From the human T2T-CHM13v2.0 reference genome, Homo sapiens, in NCBI RefSeq assembly GCF_009914755.1, contig NC_060933.1: a stretch of DNA of 64,000 bases. One strand, written 5' to 3'. Shown here piece after piece: positions 36,021 through 49,517 of this stretch. The position numbers and the translations under genes were made by a program. The notes beneath the pieces are model-generated. The model saw only the letters and a program-made list of their open reading frames with translations, made no database searches and was not told the origin of the DNA. Within the stretch, counting starts at the first letter, position 1, and every line of letters begins with the position of its first letter.

Positions 36021-37393
36021 GAACACCTTTATTGAGTGCTTCTTTATTCCAGCTACTGTGCTAAGAGATTTCCATGTCCTAATCTTAATCAGTCCTCATG
36101 ACATCCTTGTGAAGTCAGTAATTATCTTTTGCTTTGCAAACGAGGGTGATGAGCTGCTGATAAATCACGAAGCTGGGATTTGTACCCGTGTTTTCCTGAC
36201 TTCAGAGCCTGTAAGCTTCACCATTCTGAAAATTTTGAAATACAGAGGTGGTCTTTTGAAGACCAAGGCAAAATGGTTGAAGTAGTAAAAGCACAGGATT
36301 TGGGACCAGGTGGACCTGACTTGGAATCTCAACTCCATGCTGATGAGCTTATCACTGTCTCCATGCTGACCCCCACTTCTGCCATTGTTAAATTGGGAGT
36401 AACTCCAGCCATGCAGACTGTTGGAGGATAGAATAAGGCTGCAGGACACCGGACATATCAGGTCCTTTTCCCGCTAAACCATATGCTTAACGACAATGGA
36501 GAGCTCTGTGAACGTTGCTTTTGTTCCTTCCCCACCATCCCCCATTTGGTGTCAGCTCTCCTGGGGTAGTTGAAGACCTCACGACACAGTGTATTACCCC
36601 CATTTTGGTACCACTGTCCCTTGGGTGTTGAGGCCTTTCTTCCGAGCCCCATACCCGTATAGACAGTGGGCTGCTGGAAAATTCATACTCAATATAACCA
36701 GAACCGAAATAGGCACGTTGCCCCAATTTGCAACTTCCCTGTGTCTCCTATCTCAGTGACCACCAGAGTGGTCCCAAGGCAGGACTCTGGGAGTCATACT
36801 TGACTTCTCCCAGCACCTCACTTCCATAGCCAAGCAGTAGCCAGGCACCGTCCGCCATACTTACTCAGCCCCACTGGCATTTGTTTGCATGTCTCATCCC
36901 TGCTGCCTTTTCCCTGGGCCAGGCTGCCATACCCTCAGCTGGACTGCTGAAAACACCTTCTAACTAGTCTCCCTGCCTCCCCTCTTGCCCTCACCATCTA
37001 TCCTGACAGTGCCCTCACCATCTATCCTGATCGTGCCTCCAGAACGATCCTTCTCCTCTGGAAATCAGAGCAGGTCTCTGCCTCCTTGTCCTGAGATAAA
37101 GCCTAGCTCCTTAACTGGCACATACAACCCCTCTCATTCTGGCTCTGTCTTCTCTTCACCCTCCTCTTCGGCCTCTCTCACCTTAATTTTCTCAGTTTCA
37201 GTCCTAGGGGACCATTCACAGTTTCTCGAAGGCACCATGCTCTCTCTTCTCTTCAGCCATCGGAATATACTTTTGTCCAGCCTAGAGCTCTTCTCTGCCA
37301 CTTTTACTTTGGCCTAGATGACTCTTTTAAGCTTCAGCTTAGAGTTCACTTCCCCTTGGGAGCCTTCTCTGATTCCTCAACATGGGTCAAGTA

Positions 37394-38605
37394 CAGTCAT
37401 GCATCCTTAATGACGGAAATACATTCTGAGAAATGTGTTGTTAGGCAATTTCGTTGTTGTGTGAACATCATAGAGTGTACTTAACACAAACCCAGATGGC
37501 ACAGCTACGGCACACCCAGGCTATATGGTAGAGCCTACTGCTCCTAGGCTACATCACTGTACAGCATGCTACTGTACTGAATACTTAGGCAGTTGTAACG
37601 CCGTGGTAAGTTTTGTCTATCTAAACATAGAAAATGTCCAGTAAAAATATGGTATAAAAGATTTTAAAAATGGAAAAGCTGTATAGGACACTTACTATGA
37701 ATGGAGTTTGCAGAAATGGAAGTTGCTCCGAGTGAGTCAATGTGTGAGTGGTGAGTGAATGTGAAGGCCTAGGACATTACTGTACACTACTGTACTTTAT
37801 AAACACTCTACATTTAGGCTACACTAAATTGACATAAACATTTTATTTCTTCAATAATAACCTTAGTGAACAGTAACTTTTTAACTTTATGAACTTTAAC
37901 TTTTTAACTGAGTTAAAAAGTTAACTTATTAACTTTATTTTTTAAATTTTTGACTCTTGTAACACCTAGCTTAAAACACAAACACATTGTACAGCTGTAT
38001 AAAAATATTTTATTTCTTTGTATCGTTCATCTATAAGCTTTTTTCTATTTTAAAATATTTTTAAAATTTCTTATTTTTAAAACATTTTTGTTTAAAGACA
38101 CAAATACACACATTAGCCTAGGCCTACACAGGGTCAGAATCATTAATATCCCTGTTTTTCATTTTCACATGCTGTCCCATTGGAAGGTCTATGGGGACAA
38201 TACCATGCATGGAACTGTCATCTCCTATGATACTAATGCTTTCTTCTGGAAAACCTCCTGAGGCTGTTTTGCAGTTAATTTAAATTCAGTAGAGGGAGTA
38301 CGTGTGAAAATAATGATAAAAAGTATAATATAGTAAACACATAGTCTAATAACATAGTCATTTCTTATCATTATCAAGTATTATGTACTGCACATAACTG
38401 CATGTGCTATATGACTAGCAGCATAGTAGGTTCGTTTACACCAGCATCATCATAAACATGGCAGTAATGCATTGTGCTACAACGTTATGATGGCTATGAT
38501 GTCACTAGGTGATAGAAATTTTTCAGCTCCATTATAATCTTATGGGGCCACCATCATACATGTGGTCTGTTGTTAACCAAAATATCCTTATGTGGCATGT
38601 GACTG
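37394..38605 (-). mobile_element. Tigger3b-like non-autonomous DNA transposon (~1.2 kb)
   Basis: TA|CAGTCATGC...GCATGTGACTG|TA terminal inverted repeats with TA target duplication. Confidence 0.9.
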
Positions 38606-39014
38606 TATCTACTTAGGGCTTCCCCACTAAGGTAGTTACTCTTGTATGCCATAACCATCCATTGACGTGTCTGTCTCCCCCACCAGACTGAGAATTTTTT
38701 TTTTGAGAGAAGCAAGTATGTCTTTTTCTATAACCCTAGACCCCAGAACAGGCATTGCTATGATCATTGTTGGTAGCACAAATGAATGATAGGTGGTGTT
38801 GCATGACTTAAAGAGTAGCATAAGGAGGTGGGAAGAAATGAAGGCAGGGAGCTATGGACTCTGACAAACAAGCAGTCATGACCAGTTTTGAAACTGGCTC
38901 AGCATCCCCTCATCCCATTTTGAAATCTCCAGGAATTCAACTGGTAAATTATCCTATTTGTGGAAATGTGACTCAAGGCAACTTTATCTTTGACATTAAG
39001 AGAAATAAAAAAAA

Positions 39015-39300
39015 CTAATGCAGAAACAGAAAATCAAACATCACATGTTCTCACTTACAAGTGGGAGCTAAACATTGGGTACACATGGACAGAAAGATGA
39101 GAACAATAGACAATGGGGACTGCTAATGGGGAGAGAGAAGGGAAGTAAGGGCTGAAAAACCACTTATTAGGTACTATGTTCACTTCCTAGGTGATGGGTT
39201 TAGTTATACCTCACACCTTAGCATCATGCAATATACCTTTGTAACAAACCTGCACATGTACCCTCTGATTCTAAAATAAAAGTTGAAAAAGAAAAATAGA
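39015..39300 (+). mobile_element. L1PB/L1PA-type 3' end fragment
   Basis: catgttctcacttacaagtgggagctaaacattgggtacacatggac...gtaacaaacctgcacatgtaccc...ctaaaataaaagttgaaaaa. Confidence 0.9.
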
Positions 39301-39504
39301 AACCAAAACCAAATCCAAAACGTCTTTGCACCTGACAAGAAAGCTGTGCTCCTTTTGTGTGATCTAAATGTCAGATGGGGAGGTTCAAGAACCAGGAGCT
39401 ATAGGACCTGTGATTCATTCTTAGCTGGGATGTTAAATAATTTATTAACAAGACTATCTGTTGAGGTAACTTGAAAAACCGGATGAGCTTTTGGTATGCT
39501 TAGA

Positions 39505-39720
39505 GCAGGATTTCCCACCCTTGACACCATTGACATTTTGGACCAGATAATTCTTTGTTGTGGGGACTTGTTCTGTGCATTGTAGGATGCATGGCATCAT
39601 CCCTGGCTTCTACCCATTAGATGCCAGTAGAACTCCCCCCGCTCCTATTGTGACAACTGAAAATGCCTTCAGACATTGCCCTGTGGGGACAAAGTCAGCC
39701 CTGGTTAAGAGTTACTGTCC
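39505..39720. mobile_element. MER20 DNA transposon
   Basis: cattgacattttggaccagataattctttgttgtgggg...agatgccagtag...ttgtgacaact...cagacattgcc. Confidence 0.8.
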
Positions 39721-42700
39721 TAGAGGAATTGGAGCCCATCTAATGGAACCAAAGAAGCACTGGATGAGAGTTGAGTTTGAAGTCCATTGCCAACTCTGCC
39801 ATTTAGTGCAGATGTTTTCTTTAAGTTCTATCTGAATTCAAGGTCAGGCTGTTTGACTCTGGATAAACAGCTTGACCTGCTGGATAGCAGCCTTCTCATC
39901 TCAGGTAATAGAATAATGCAAGTCCAGAATATTGTTGATACTTCTGAGTTCAGCTTTGGTCTTAGGTGATCTGGGGGATGGGTGAGCTCAGACCTCAGAA
40001 TGGGAATTGGTGGCCTGGCAACCACAGTCAGATGATAAGATTCAGGCCCCTGCTGGCTCCAGATGGTTTGTCTCCACAGGCTAGCTCTGCTCTCTTCCTT
40101 GGGCTTTTCCAGATGTCCCAGGGAGGACTCTGTCTCACCCATTCATTTCTGGGCTTCCCTTTTTTTCCTAACAGCTCAGGCTGTCAGGGCTGAAATGTGC
40201 TTAGAAACATTCGATATCAGCCCTTTGCTACAGAAGGGTAAACTGAGGCTCAGAGGAGGGAAGAGATTTGGCTGAGGTCATATAGTGAGCTAGAGTAAGT
40301 CCCCTTATTTGTCCAAGTTTTAAAATTCATAGCGTGGTATTCTTTCTCTTACTCTGTGCTACCTAACTGTGGGAGCCCACTCCCATGTCTTGGTGGAACT
40401 CTTAATTGTAGACTTTTCTTTTTATTTCACTGAAACTCACATGTCTTTAGTTTTACACTACCTGCATCTTGCTTTCTGCTTGGTGATAGCCATCTTACAT
40501 GAAAGTAGGACTGTAACACTTTAGCAAGAAATAATGGGCTTACTTTACATCCCTAGTGCAACATTTGGTTTTTAATTGAGCTTTAATCCAATGAAGCAAA
40601 ACTAGTGGTAAGACTTTGAGGGACTTAGCTAGGTTTAGAAAGACTTTTGGAGAGCAGCTAGGCCCTTTTGGGAAACTCCCCCATTCTTGGAAGCCATCTA
40701 GTCTACCATTGTAGGGTTACACACTGGGGTTATTTCCCATCATGTGATTTGGAGGGAAGAGCCTGGGCTTTGGACATGGGTTCAGATTCCAGCTCCATCA
40801 TCTCACAGCTATGTGAATTTACCACAAGGGTAACACCACGTTTTTGAATGGTCACTGTGGGCTGGTTAAATTATGTATTACTTTAATATACTTTACAAGG
40901 ACTGTGAGAAGAAGGGTTTACAGTTTATAAAAGAGAATACAAAGTGGCAGATAGTTTAAGACACAAAGTTACTACATTAAGGAACAAAGTTAAAAGTATC
41001 AGAGCCAGGAGTTGAACCCAAGACAATCTGGCTCAGGATTATAAATGACTAAAATCAGATTTTAAAAAATGATTAGGTATAGCATAGCTTTCTCGAACTT
41101 CAGTTACTTAGAAGGCTAAGTTGGGAGGATAATACCTCCTTAGAAAAACTGCTCTGAGGATTAAATAAAGTAATGCCTTCACAGCACGTGGCACCAAGTG
41201 TCTGTTTAATAGATACCTAGTCTTCCTCTCTTTAGCAGAAGTTGTTAACGTTAGCTAATTGTCAGTTATGATTTAACAACTGCTAGCTTGGCGCAGGCAC
41301 ATTGCTAAGGAGCTTACATTTATAATTTCACAAAAATAACATGAAGTTCCTATGATTTACTCCATATTCTCACTGAAGATATGGAGGCACAGAGAGCTGG
41401 AAGGAAACTGCGCAAGTTCAAACAGGGAGGAGATGGCAGACTGAGGATTTTTGCATTCACACCTGGCTAACTCCAAAGCTACACTCTTGGCCCTAGGCCA
41501 TGCTCACCTCCTCTAACTACTCAAACCTTCAGAAAATCTCAGCTGCCCTAAGTTATCCCATTAGCATGCTTCGCACCTTTACAAACTAAAATAAACCAAG
41601 TTCTCATTTTAAGTAGTAGATCTTTTCCTGTTCAGGAGGCTGGTACCTTGAGAACCATCTGAGTTCTATTAAGCCTTGAGGATGCTGGAGTCATTTCTTG
41701 CTTATTCCTAGTGAATTTCTAATTTAGACTTGTTTCCATCCCTCTTCCAGTGTACCCAATACCTCCTCAGGGACTTCAGACTGACTAATCTTCAGCTGAA
41801 CTGGAGTGAGATCTAATTAAAGTTGTTCATGGTCTGGCCCTAAAGCACCTAGCCAATCTCATTTTTCAGCATACCCTCTCCTCTTCAAGCCCCCTGTGAC
41901 TCACAGCTTCCTGGACCCTCTGAAGCCTTTAGCCAGGCAGGCCCCTGCTCCTCTGCTTGGCATTTCCAAATCCAGTCCAGCCCTGTCTCCATCTGATTCA
42001 AATATTTCTTCTCTCTGAAGCTATGTTTGCAAATATGGGAAAGCCGGGTGAAGTCAGAGTCACATATTTCAGACCAAAGTTATCAGACTGAAAGCTCATT
42101 TTCTCTTTGTCTCGATAAGAGCCCAATATAGTGCCCCAAGCCGTAGGCCCTGATAAATGCCTGGTTAAAAAAACAAAACAAAATGAAACAAAACAGAAAA
42201 CTGCCTATGGCATAAAAGCAGGGGCTATGGAGGCAGAGAGACCTGGGTGTGAATCTCAGCACTTATTAGTTCTTTGATCTTAGGTTATACCAAGATATTA
42301 TTCTGAACCTCTCTTAGCCTCAGTTTCCTTATTGGTAAATGGGGGACAGCAATGTGATTGTTGTGAAGATTTAAGGATGTCTTACCTATGAAAGCATGTA
42401 GGATTGCTGAGTTTGGTCTAAGCGGATGGTTACTAAATCATAGCAGAACCGTAAGTTGCTCTTCTTGGATAGAATAAACAACCTTTGGGAGAAAAAGAAC
42501 TCTATTGTGCTTCAAGGAGAAATTTATGAGAATCAGTCTGTGAAGGTAGGGATTGTATTTGTCTCAGTCACAGCTGTGTCCTCATCACTTGACACGGTGA
42601 CAGGTGATATCCAGTGTTCAACCTATAACTACTGGAAAAATGAATATGGGTCCAGAAATATTTAGCCTATTAGAGTGCATAAAACTCACTTGGACTGATA

Positions 42701-44981
42701 CCCATCTAGCCTCAGAAAGAGAAACTGAGGCCCAAGGAAGGGAAAGGACTCCCCAGTTTCACACAGAGACTTGGCAGCAGGTATTTTAGGTTACCTGGTA
42801 TATAGTATTATCTATAACCTGGTATCACCATGGTGATTGGTTGACAAAGGCTGACTTGGTGTGGCCAGTCAGAACTGAATCTAGCCCAATTCTCTTGCTC
42901 CTCAGTGACTGGCAAGAGTGGAACCAAGCAGAGGATGAAAAGGGCTAAAGCATTCAAGAGGAGTAAGCACCTGTGTAGTAATCCACTCGGCACAGCTAGA
43001 ATACAGGCTGCCTGGAGAAGAAACAGGGGAGGAAAGGAGGGCACAAAGATAATGATGACCCGGTAAACCAGGCTTACTGGGACTTTGTACCTGTGATTGT
43101 AGATTGTAGGCAGAAGAGAGACTTGATCACGTCTGCATGTTAGAATAATCATTCTGGCAGCTGTGTGAAGGGTGAGTTGGTGATAAGAGAGGCTGGAGTC
43201 AAGGCCCCCCATGGAAGGAAGTTCCTTTGTCTAGGTGAGAGATGCTTAAGACAGGGGCCAGATAGATGGGGTGGAGGAATAGATGAAACTAACATTAAGA
43301 GATATGATCCATCAAGGCCTCAGATTCCCCATCTGTAGTTGAATATTTCAGAACCAGTTTCTATGATGGCTTCAAAGACTAGAATAGAGTGTAACTACAA
43401 CTAGGATTTGGGATGCCCTGGGAAATGAGTGGACTCCTGGAATAAGATTTTGTAGATTCCCTATTGTTTGATTGGCTAGATATATTTCATGGGGGGGTGC
43501 AGTGAGTGTTTCAATATTTATAATAGTCCTCCTAAATGGTGAAGAAAGTGCTATGGACCTTGAATGATGGGTTCTAAGGCTGGGTATATTTGAATGGTGG
43601 CAAGAGTTGGAAGAACTTTAGAAGCCAACTTGTTGGGTGCTCTCAGCACCTCTACAACCTGCTCATCAAGAGATTGTCCAGTCTGTTTTTGGATCTCTTC
43701 TGTAATGAGAAGACTTTTGCCTCCTGGATAGCGTGTTCCACTGCTGAGAAGTTTCAAGTTGCATATCAACACATTTGTCCTGTTTTTACTCTGCCTTGGC
43801 CAGAGGAAAGAGTGTCTTTGAAAGAGATTGTGTTAAGAATCCTTGCACAAAAATACCCAGTAAATGAAGGCATGAAAAAGGCAAGCCATCACCTTGATTG
43901 AAATTGATTTTCAGTTTTTCTCATTTGAGGCCCAATAGTATTTCAAGCTGCATGTCAAACAGAGACGGAAACACGGTAGAGCTCAAGAAGGATTTTTGTC
44001 AAAATGGAGCTCTGGTAGCCAGGTAAATCCAATGCCAACAGTACAGTTGAGATAGCTCCATTCATGGAGAAGCCCATAGTGGGGAGGAGGGGCACAAGGT
44101 GGAGTCTGAGAAAACTGGAATCTATTCTTGGCGGTAGGGATGATGTCAAAGCATGAATACAAGCATAAACTCATGATCATTAGAATGTATGATCACAGTC
44201 ACTAGGATGTACATGGGAGCTGTTAAGAAATAAGGAAGAAACTGCTGCAGTGAGTGTGACCAAAGGGTTGGAAAAACATTGAGGCAATGACTTTAAATGC
44301 AATGGGCTGTGTACTACCCTCTGTTACCTCCACTTCCCTTATCCTCCTCCTACTCCAAACCTCTTCTTCCCAGTTTCTTCCATTGTCCTTTATCTAAACT
44401 GACTACCTCCTTCCTCCTTCCTTCCCCACTTAGATCTTCCTCACTCCAGGTTTCTGTCTCATTCCCCCCATGGAAGCCATGCCTTACATTTTTATAATGG
44501 TTGGCAGTTCACAATGCCAGCTGGAATACATTATCTCATCAACCTCATAACCACACTTGTAGGTAGGTGCTGTCCCCATTCTGCAGATGATGAAAACGAG
44601 CCTAAGGGAGATGAAGTCACTGGCCTAAAGTCACATAGCCATGTGGGGGCAGAGGCACAATGATGGCCCATGGTTTTTTCTCCATTCACCTCTCCAACTT
44701 TACAGATTAAGTCCCTGGCATTCCAGTGTGCTGACTTGCACTAGATTTGCCCTGAATGTTGAAAATCAAGTGATCCCCTCCTTTAAGGACCCCAAGGTGG
44801 CTACTTTCTCTAGGAGGGATTTTTAGTCAAAAGAGGATTTGTCTCCCTGAACGTTGTCTTGAATTCTGGGGAAGTCCCATCCTAAGTCATTGGAATCTTT
44901 TAATGCCCAAGCCCGTTGCCTATGTTCAAACTCCATTCTGATGATACTGATACTGTGGGTACAAATCAGCAGGCTAGAATC

Positions 44982-45392
44982 AGCAGCGAGCTGGAGCCCA
45001 CATATACTGGCTTGTTGGTTAAATTTTCAGGAATTTTTTGAGCTGGCTGTTAAACACAACCATTACTGAAAATTATTTAAGCTTATAATCAAGTGAATTA
45101 TATTGAAAACAAAGGTAAGGGATATTCAAAACTCATTACTTCTCATTTTGCTAGACTTTACTATTACTGTAATTAATGTACTCTTGAAGTTATTCCTATG
45201 TATTGTATCCGAAAGAGGAAAATGCCATGTAATGCTCTGCTGTTGCTCATCTCTTTCCCACTCTGTGTTTAGTGACATCACATTGGCAGCTTGAAATTTG
45301 CCACAGAGAGAATATTTACACCATGGAAATCAGCAAAAGTTACAAATCAAGGTCCTCTTTCTCCTTCATTAAACATTTACCAGCCAACCATG
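44982..45392 (+). mobile_element. MER63-like hAT DNA transposon
   Basis: cagcagcgagctggagccc...actggctt...gttaaattttcaggaatttt...aaacatttaccagc. Confidence 0.6.
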
Positions 45393-45958
45393 GGCTAAGA
45401 TACATCAAGGTTTATGGTAATTGGGCCTCTAGACTCCTGAATGCCAAGGCTGGTTCTCCTTCATGCCAGCATGAACTTGGGCAGAAGGCAGAATGGTGTC
45501 TAGAGAATGGAGATAATAGAAATCAGGAGGTAACTCACTGCTTGTCCTCTCTTCCTCCACCTTGGTAGTGATGACAATACCAGCAATGATATAGGACACT
45601 TAAGACCATTATGGACCAGGTGATGTATTAGGCATTTTACTTACCCTGTCTGTTAAAGTCTCACACAAACCATATAAGACATTATTGTTCCCATTTTACA
45701 GGTGGAAATCTGAAGCTCTGAGAGGTGGAATGAGTTGCCTGAATTTACCAGAATGTGGGATTTACCAGAATGTTTACCAGAACGAATTTACCAGTCAGGC
45801 TTTGAGGCCAGATCTGTCTGATCCAAAATCAGTGCTCTTTCTGAAATGCTGATGCAAAAGGAAGTCATCAGAACTCTATAGACCAACCCTGCACATTTGT
45901 TACCTTCTCCAGAAGTGCTTTCGTTGCTGATATACCAGACGTCTTTTGTTAAAATTAA

Positions 45959-46809
45959 TCTACTACCATCACCGTATGGGGAATAACTCTGGCTAGCCTA
46001 AGAAAAGCAACCTTACATAGGTAAAAATAATTGCACCCCTTCCATCTGCCAAAAGAGTTCTATTGTCGGTTTCCCAGGCAATATATGTGCTTTGGGAAAT
46101 ATTGCCATTAGACAATCTGAGTGTGGTTGCAGTAAAGTATTCTAGAATGACTGGAATACCCAGCAAACTGGGTAAGAATCATGTGTTCTGCTGTCAGCAG
46201 ACCTTGTCTGGGCCTGGCAAACTCTGCCTCTGGGGTTAGCAAAACTCCCTTACGCTCCCCTCTTTCAAACAAGAGTGATTATCAGTTGTCAAAGTTGTTA
46301 CTTCTGCAGAGAAGGAAAAGTGGTTCTGGACACTGTCCACAGATTGTTTCCTCCTCTGGGGCAAGAGGATTGGGAGAGGGGTATGCACATGCTTTTCTCA
46401 ATTTGTGGTTTTTGCTTGGGTTTGTGGTTTAAATCCCTAATTTTGGCAATCATCTCTGCCACAGACCATCCAATCCATGCAGGTGGGTTCATTCCATACT
46501 CTGTGAAATATATTTTGATGTTAGAGGGGTGGGAATGTCTGATTTATTGTTTCATCCTCGTCTCTGGGGAGGGGAAGCAAAGCTAGTAGTAGTTTTTTTT
46601 TCAAGGGCAATCTCAGGCCATTCTAGAATGCTTCATTGCAGCCACACTCTGATTGCCTAATGGCAATATTTCCTGAAGGCTATATTTTGCCTGGGAAACA
46701 GACAGTAGAACTCTTTTGGCAGATGGAAGGGGTGCAGTTATTTCAATCTATGTAAGGTTGATTTCCTGAGGCTAGCTGGAGTTATTCCCCATATTGTGAT
46801 GGTAGTAGA
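45959..46809. repeat. Inverted repeat: 191-bp arms (45959-46149 and 46619-46809), about 85% identical, 469-bp spacer
   Basis: For example tgcaccccttccatctgccaaaagagttcta in arm 1 is the exact reverse complement of tagaactcttttggcagatggaaggggtgca in arm 2. Confidence 0.95.
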
Positions 46810-47499
46810 AACCTCTTGAAAAGGCTGGAAGCCTACAGAGGAAAGTCCCTTGGGAAACCTGATTGTTGAATGTGTCTGACCATAAGCTTATTCAAATATG
46901 GATGTTTTTCAGTTATCGGAAGATTTGGGCTTTCCATGTCTGCCTTCTTTCTTGCTCTTGATGTTTGTAAGGGAGGTAGGTATTGATTGTACTTGAAAAG
47001 TATGCCCAGAAGATGGCATTCATTCCAGTGGGATGGTGAGAGAATGACACATTGGCACTAGAAAATGCCAGGCTGGGAATCTAGAAATGAAACAAAGGAA
47101 AGCACCCTGCAGAGCTGGCGAGGTGTGAGTATGGAGAGTCCCCACCTGGCAGGGAAGGGCTGCAGAAGCAGATGTGATCTGAGCCAACCTGGTTTTCCTC
47201 CTCAGTCTGCCTTCTCCCTTCCATTAGGGACATGGCTAGATCCTCCCTGATAAGAGCCCCTAAAAGAGGTCCTGTTTTAGTAATCTAGGCCAATTAAGCT
47301 GTTTCCTCAAGCTAGAACTACATGCAGAGAGTGGCAGTGCTTGTGTTCTGCAGACTTCTTAACCTTTTTGTTGCTCTTGACTGCATCCACAACTTTGGAA
47401 ATCCCTCTTTCCTTGGCTTCCACAAGCAGATCCCAACTCTTCTCCATCAGAGAGAGTTTTACTATTAATATTATACAATTCTACTGCCCAACAAAACTC

Positions 47500-49517
47500 A
47501 GTATATTTACTTATTTATTTGACACATTGTAATTGAACACATTTATAGAAATGCCATTTGATGCTTTGACACATATCTATGTTGTATAATGATCCAAATA
47601 GAGTAGTTAGTGTATCCATCTCCTCATGCATTTATCATTTGTGGTGAGGATATTCAAAAGCTTTTCTTTTAGCTATTTCATATTATACAATATTTTACTG
47701 TTAACCATAGTCTCCCATAGCTGTGCAATAGAACACCAGAATTTATCCCTCCTATCTAATTGTAACTTTGTACCCATTGACAAACTTCTCCCCCGTCTCA
47801 TCCTCCTTTTCATCCCCATTCTCTGGTAACCATTGTTCTACTGTATGATTCTATGATACCAATATATATATTTTTAGATTCCACATATCAGTGCAATCAC
47901 ATGGCATTTATCTTTCTGTGTCTGGCTTATTTCACTTAACATGATGTTCTCCAGGTTCATCCATGTTGTTGCAAATGATAGCATTTCATTCTTTTTTTTA
48001 TGGCTAAAGAGTATTCCATTGTGTTTATATACTACATATTCTTTATTCATTCATCCACTGCTAGACATTTAGGTTGATTCCATATCTTAGGTATTGTATA
48101 TAGTGCTGCAGTAAACATGGGAGTGAAGATAACTCTTTGACATAATGATTTTATTTTATTTTTTTGATATATACTCGGTAGTGGGATTGCTGGGTTGTAT
48201 GGTTGTTCTATTTTTAATTTTTGAAGAATCTCCATACTGTTTTCCATAATGGCTGTGCTAGTTTACAATCCCACTAACAGTGTGTAACTATTCCCTTTTC
48301 TCCACCTTCCTTGCCAACATTTGTTTTCTTCCTTTTCTTTTCTTTTTTTTTCGATAATAGTAATTGTAACTGGAGTGGAGTTGTATCTCATTTTGATTTT
48401 GATTTGTATTTCCCTGATGATTAATGATTTTGAGCATTTTTTCAAAGACTTTTTGGCTTTTTGTATGTATTCTTTTGAGGAATGTCTATTTGGGCCTTTC
48501 ACCTATTTTTTAATTGGGTTATTTTATTTTATTTATGTATTGCTGTTGAATTATTTAAGTTCCTTATGTATTCCAAATACTGACCACTTGCCAGATGTAT
48601 ATTTTGCAAATATTTTTTCCTATTCTGTAGGTTGTCTCTTCCCTCTATTAACAGTTTCCTTTGCTGCAAAGAGGCCTTTTAATTTAATGTAATTCCATTT
48701 GTGTATTTTGTTGTTGTTGTTACCTGTGCTTTTGACGTCTTACATAAAAAAATCCTTGCCCAACCCAATGTCATAAAGTGTTTCCCTCATGTTTTCCTTT
48801 AGTAGTTTGGTTTCAGGTTTTCCATTTAAGTTTTTAATCCATTTTGAGTTGATTTCTGTATACGGCGAGAGGTAAGGGTCTAGCCTCATTCTTCTGAATG
48901 TCATACCCAATTTTTCCAGCACCATTTACTATTTATTTATTTCTACTTTCGACTTTTATTTTAGATTCAGGGTATACATGTGCAGGTTTGTTATAAGCAT
49001 TTATTGCATGGTGCTGAAGTTTGGAGTACAATCGAACCCATCACCCAAGTAGTGAGCATAGTACCCAATGGGTAGTTTTTCAGTTCTTGCTCCCCCAACT
49101 CACTCCCCGACTTGTAGTCCCCAGTGTCTATTGTTCACTTCCTTATGCTCATGCCCAGAACCATTTATTAAAGAGATTATTTTTCCCCCAATGTGTGTTC
49201 TTGACATCTTTGTCAAATCAGTTGGCTATGAGTGTGTGAATTTATTTCTGGGCTTTTAATTCTGTTTCGTTGGTCTGTGTGTCAGTTTTTATGCTAGCAT
49301 CATGCTGTTTTGGTTACTGTAGCTTTGTAGTATATTTTAAAGTCAGGTCATGTGATGCCTCCTGCTTTGCTGTTGTTGTTCGGTATTGCTTTAGCTATTT
49401 GGGGTCTTTTGTGGTTCCTTATAAATTTTACATATGTTTTTTCTATTTCTGTGAAGAATGCCATTGGTATTTTGATAGGGATAGCATTAATTCTGTAGAT
49501 CACTTTGGGTATTATGG
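47500..49517 (-). mobile_element. 5'-truncated L1MA element with a nested younger L1 3' fragment (~48930-49150)
   Basis: Antisense L1 3'UTR/ORF2 sequence. The nested piece is flanked by a ccag(c/a)accattta duplication. Confidence 0.9.
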
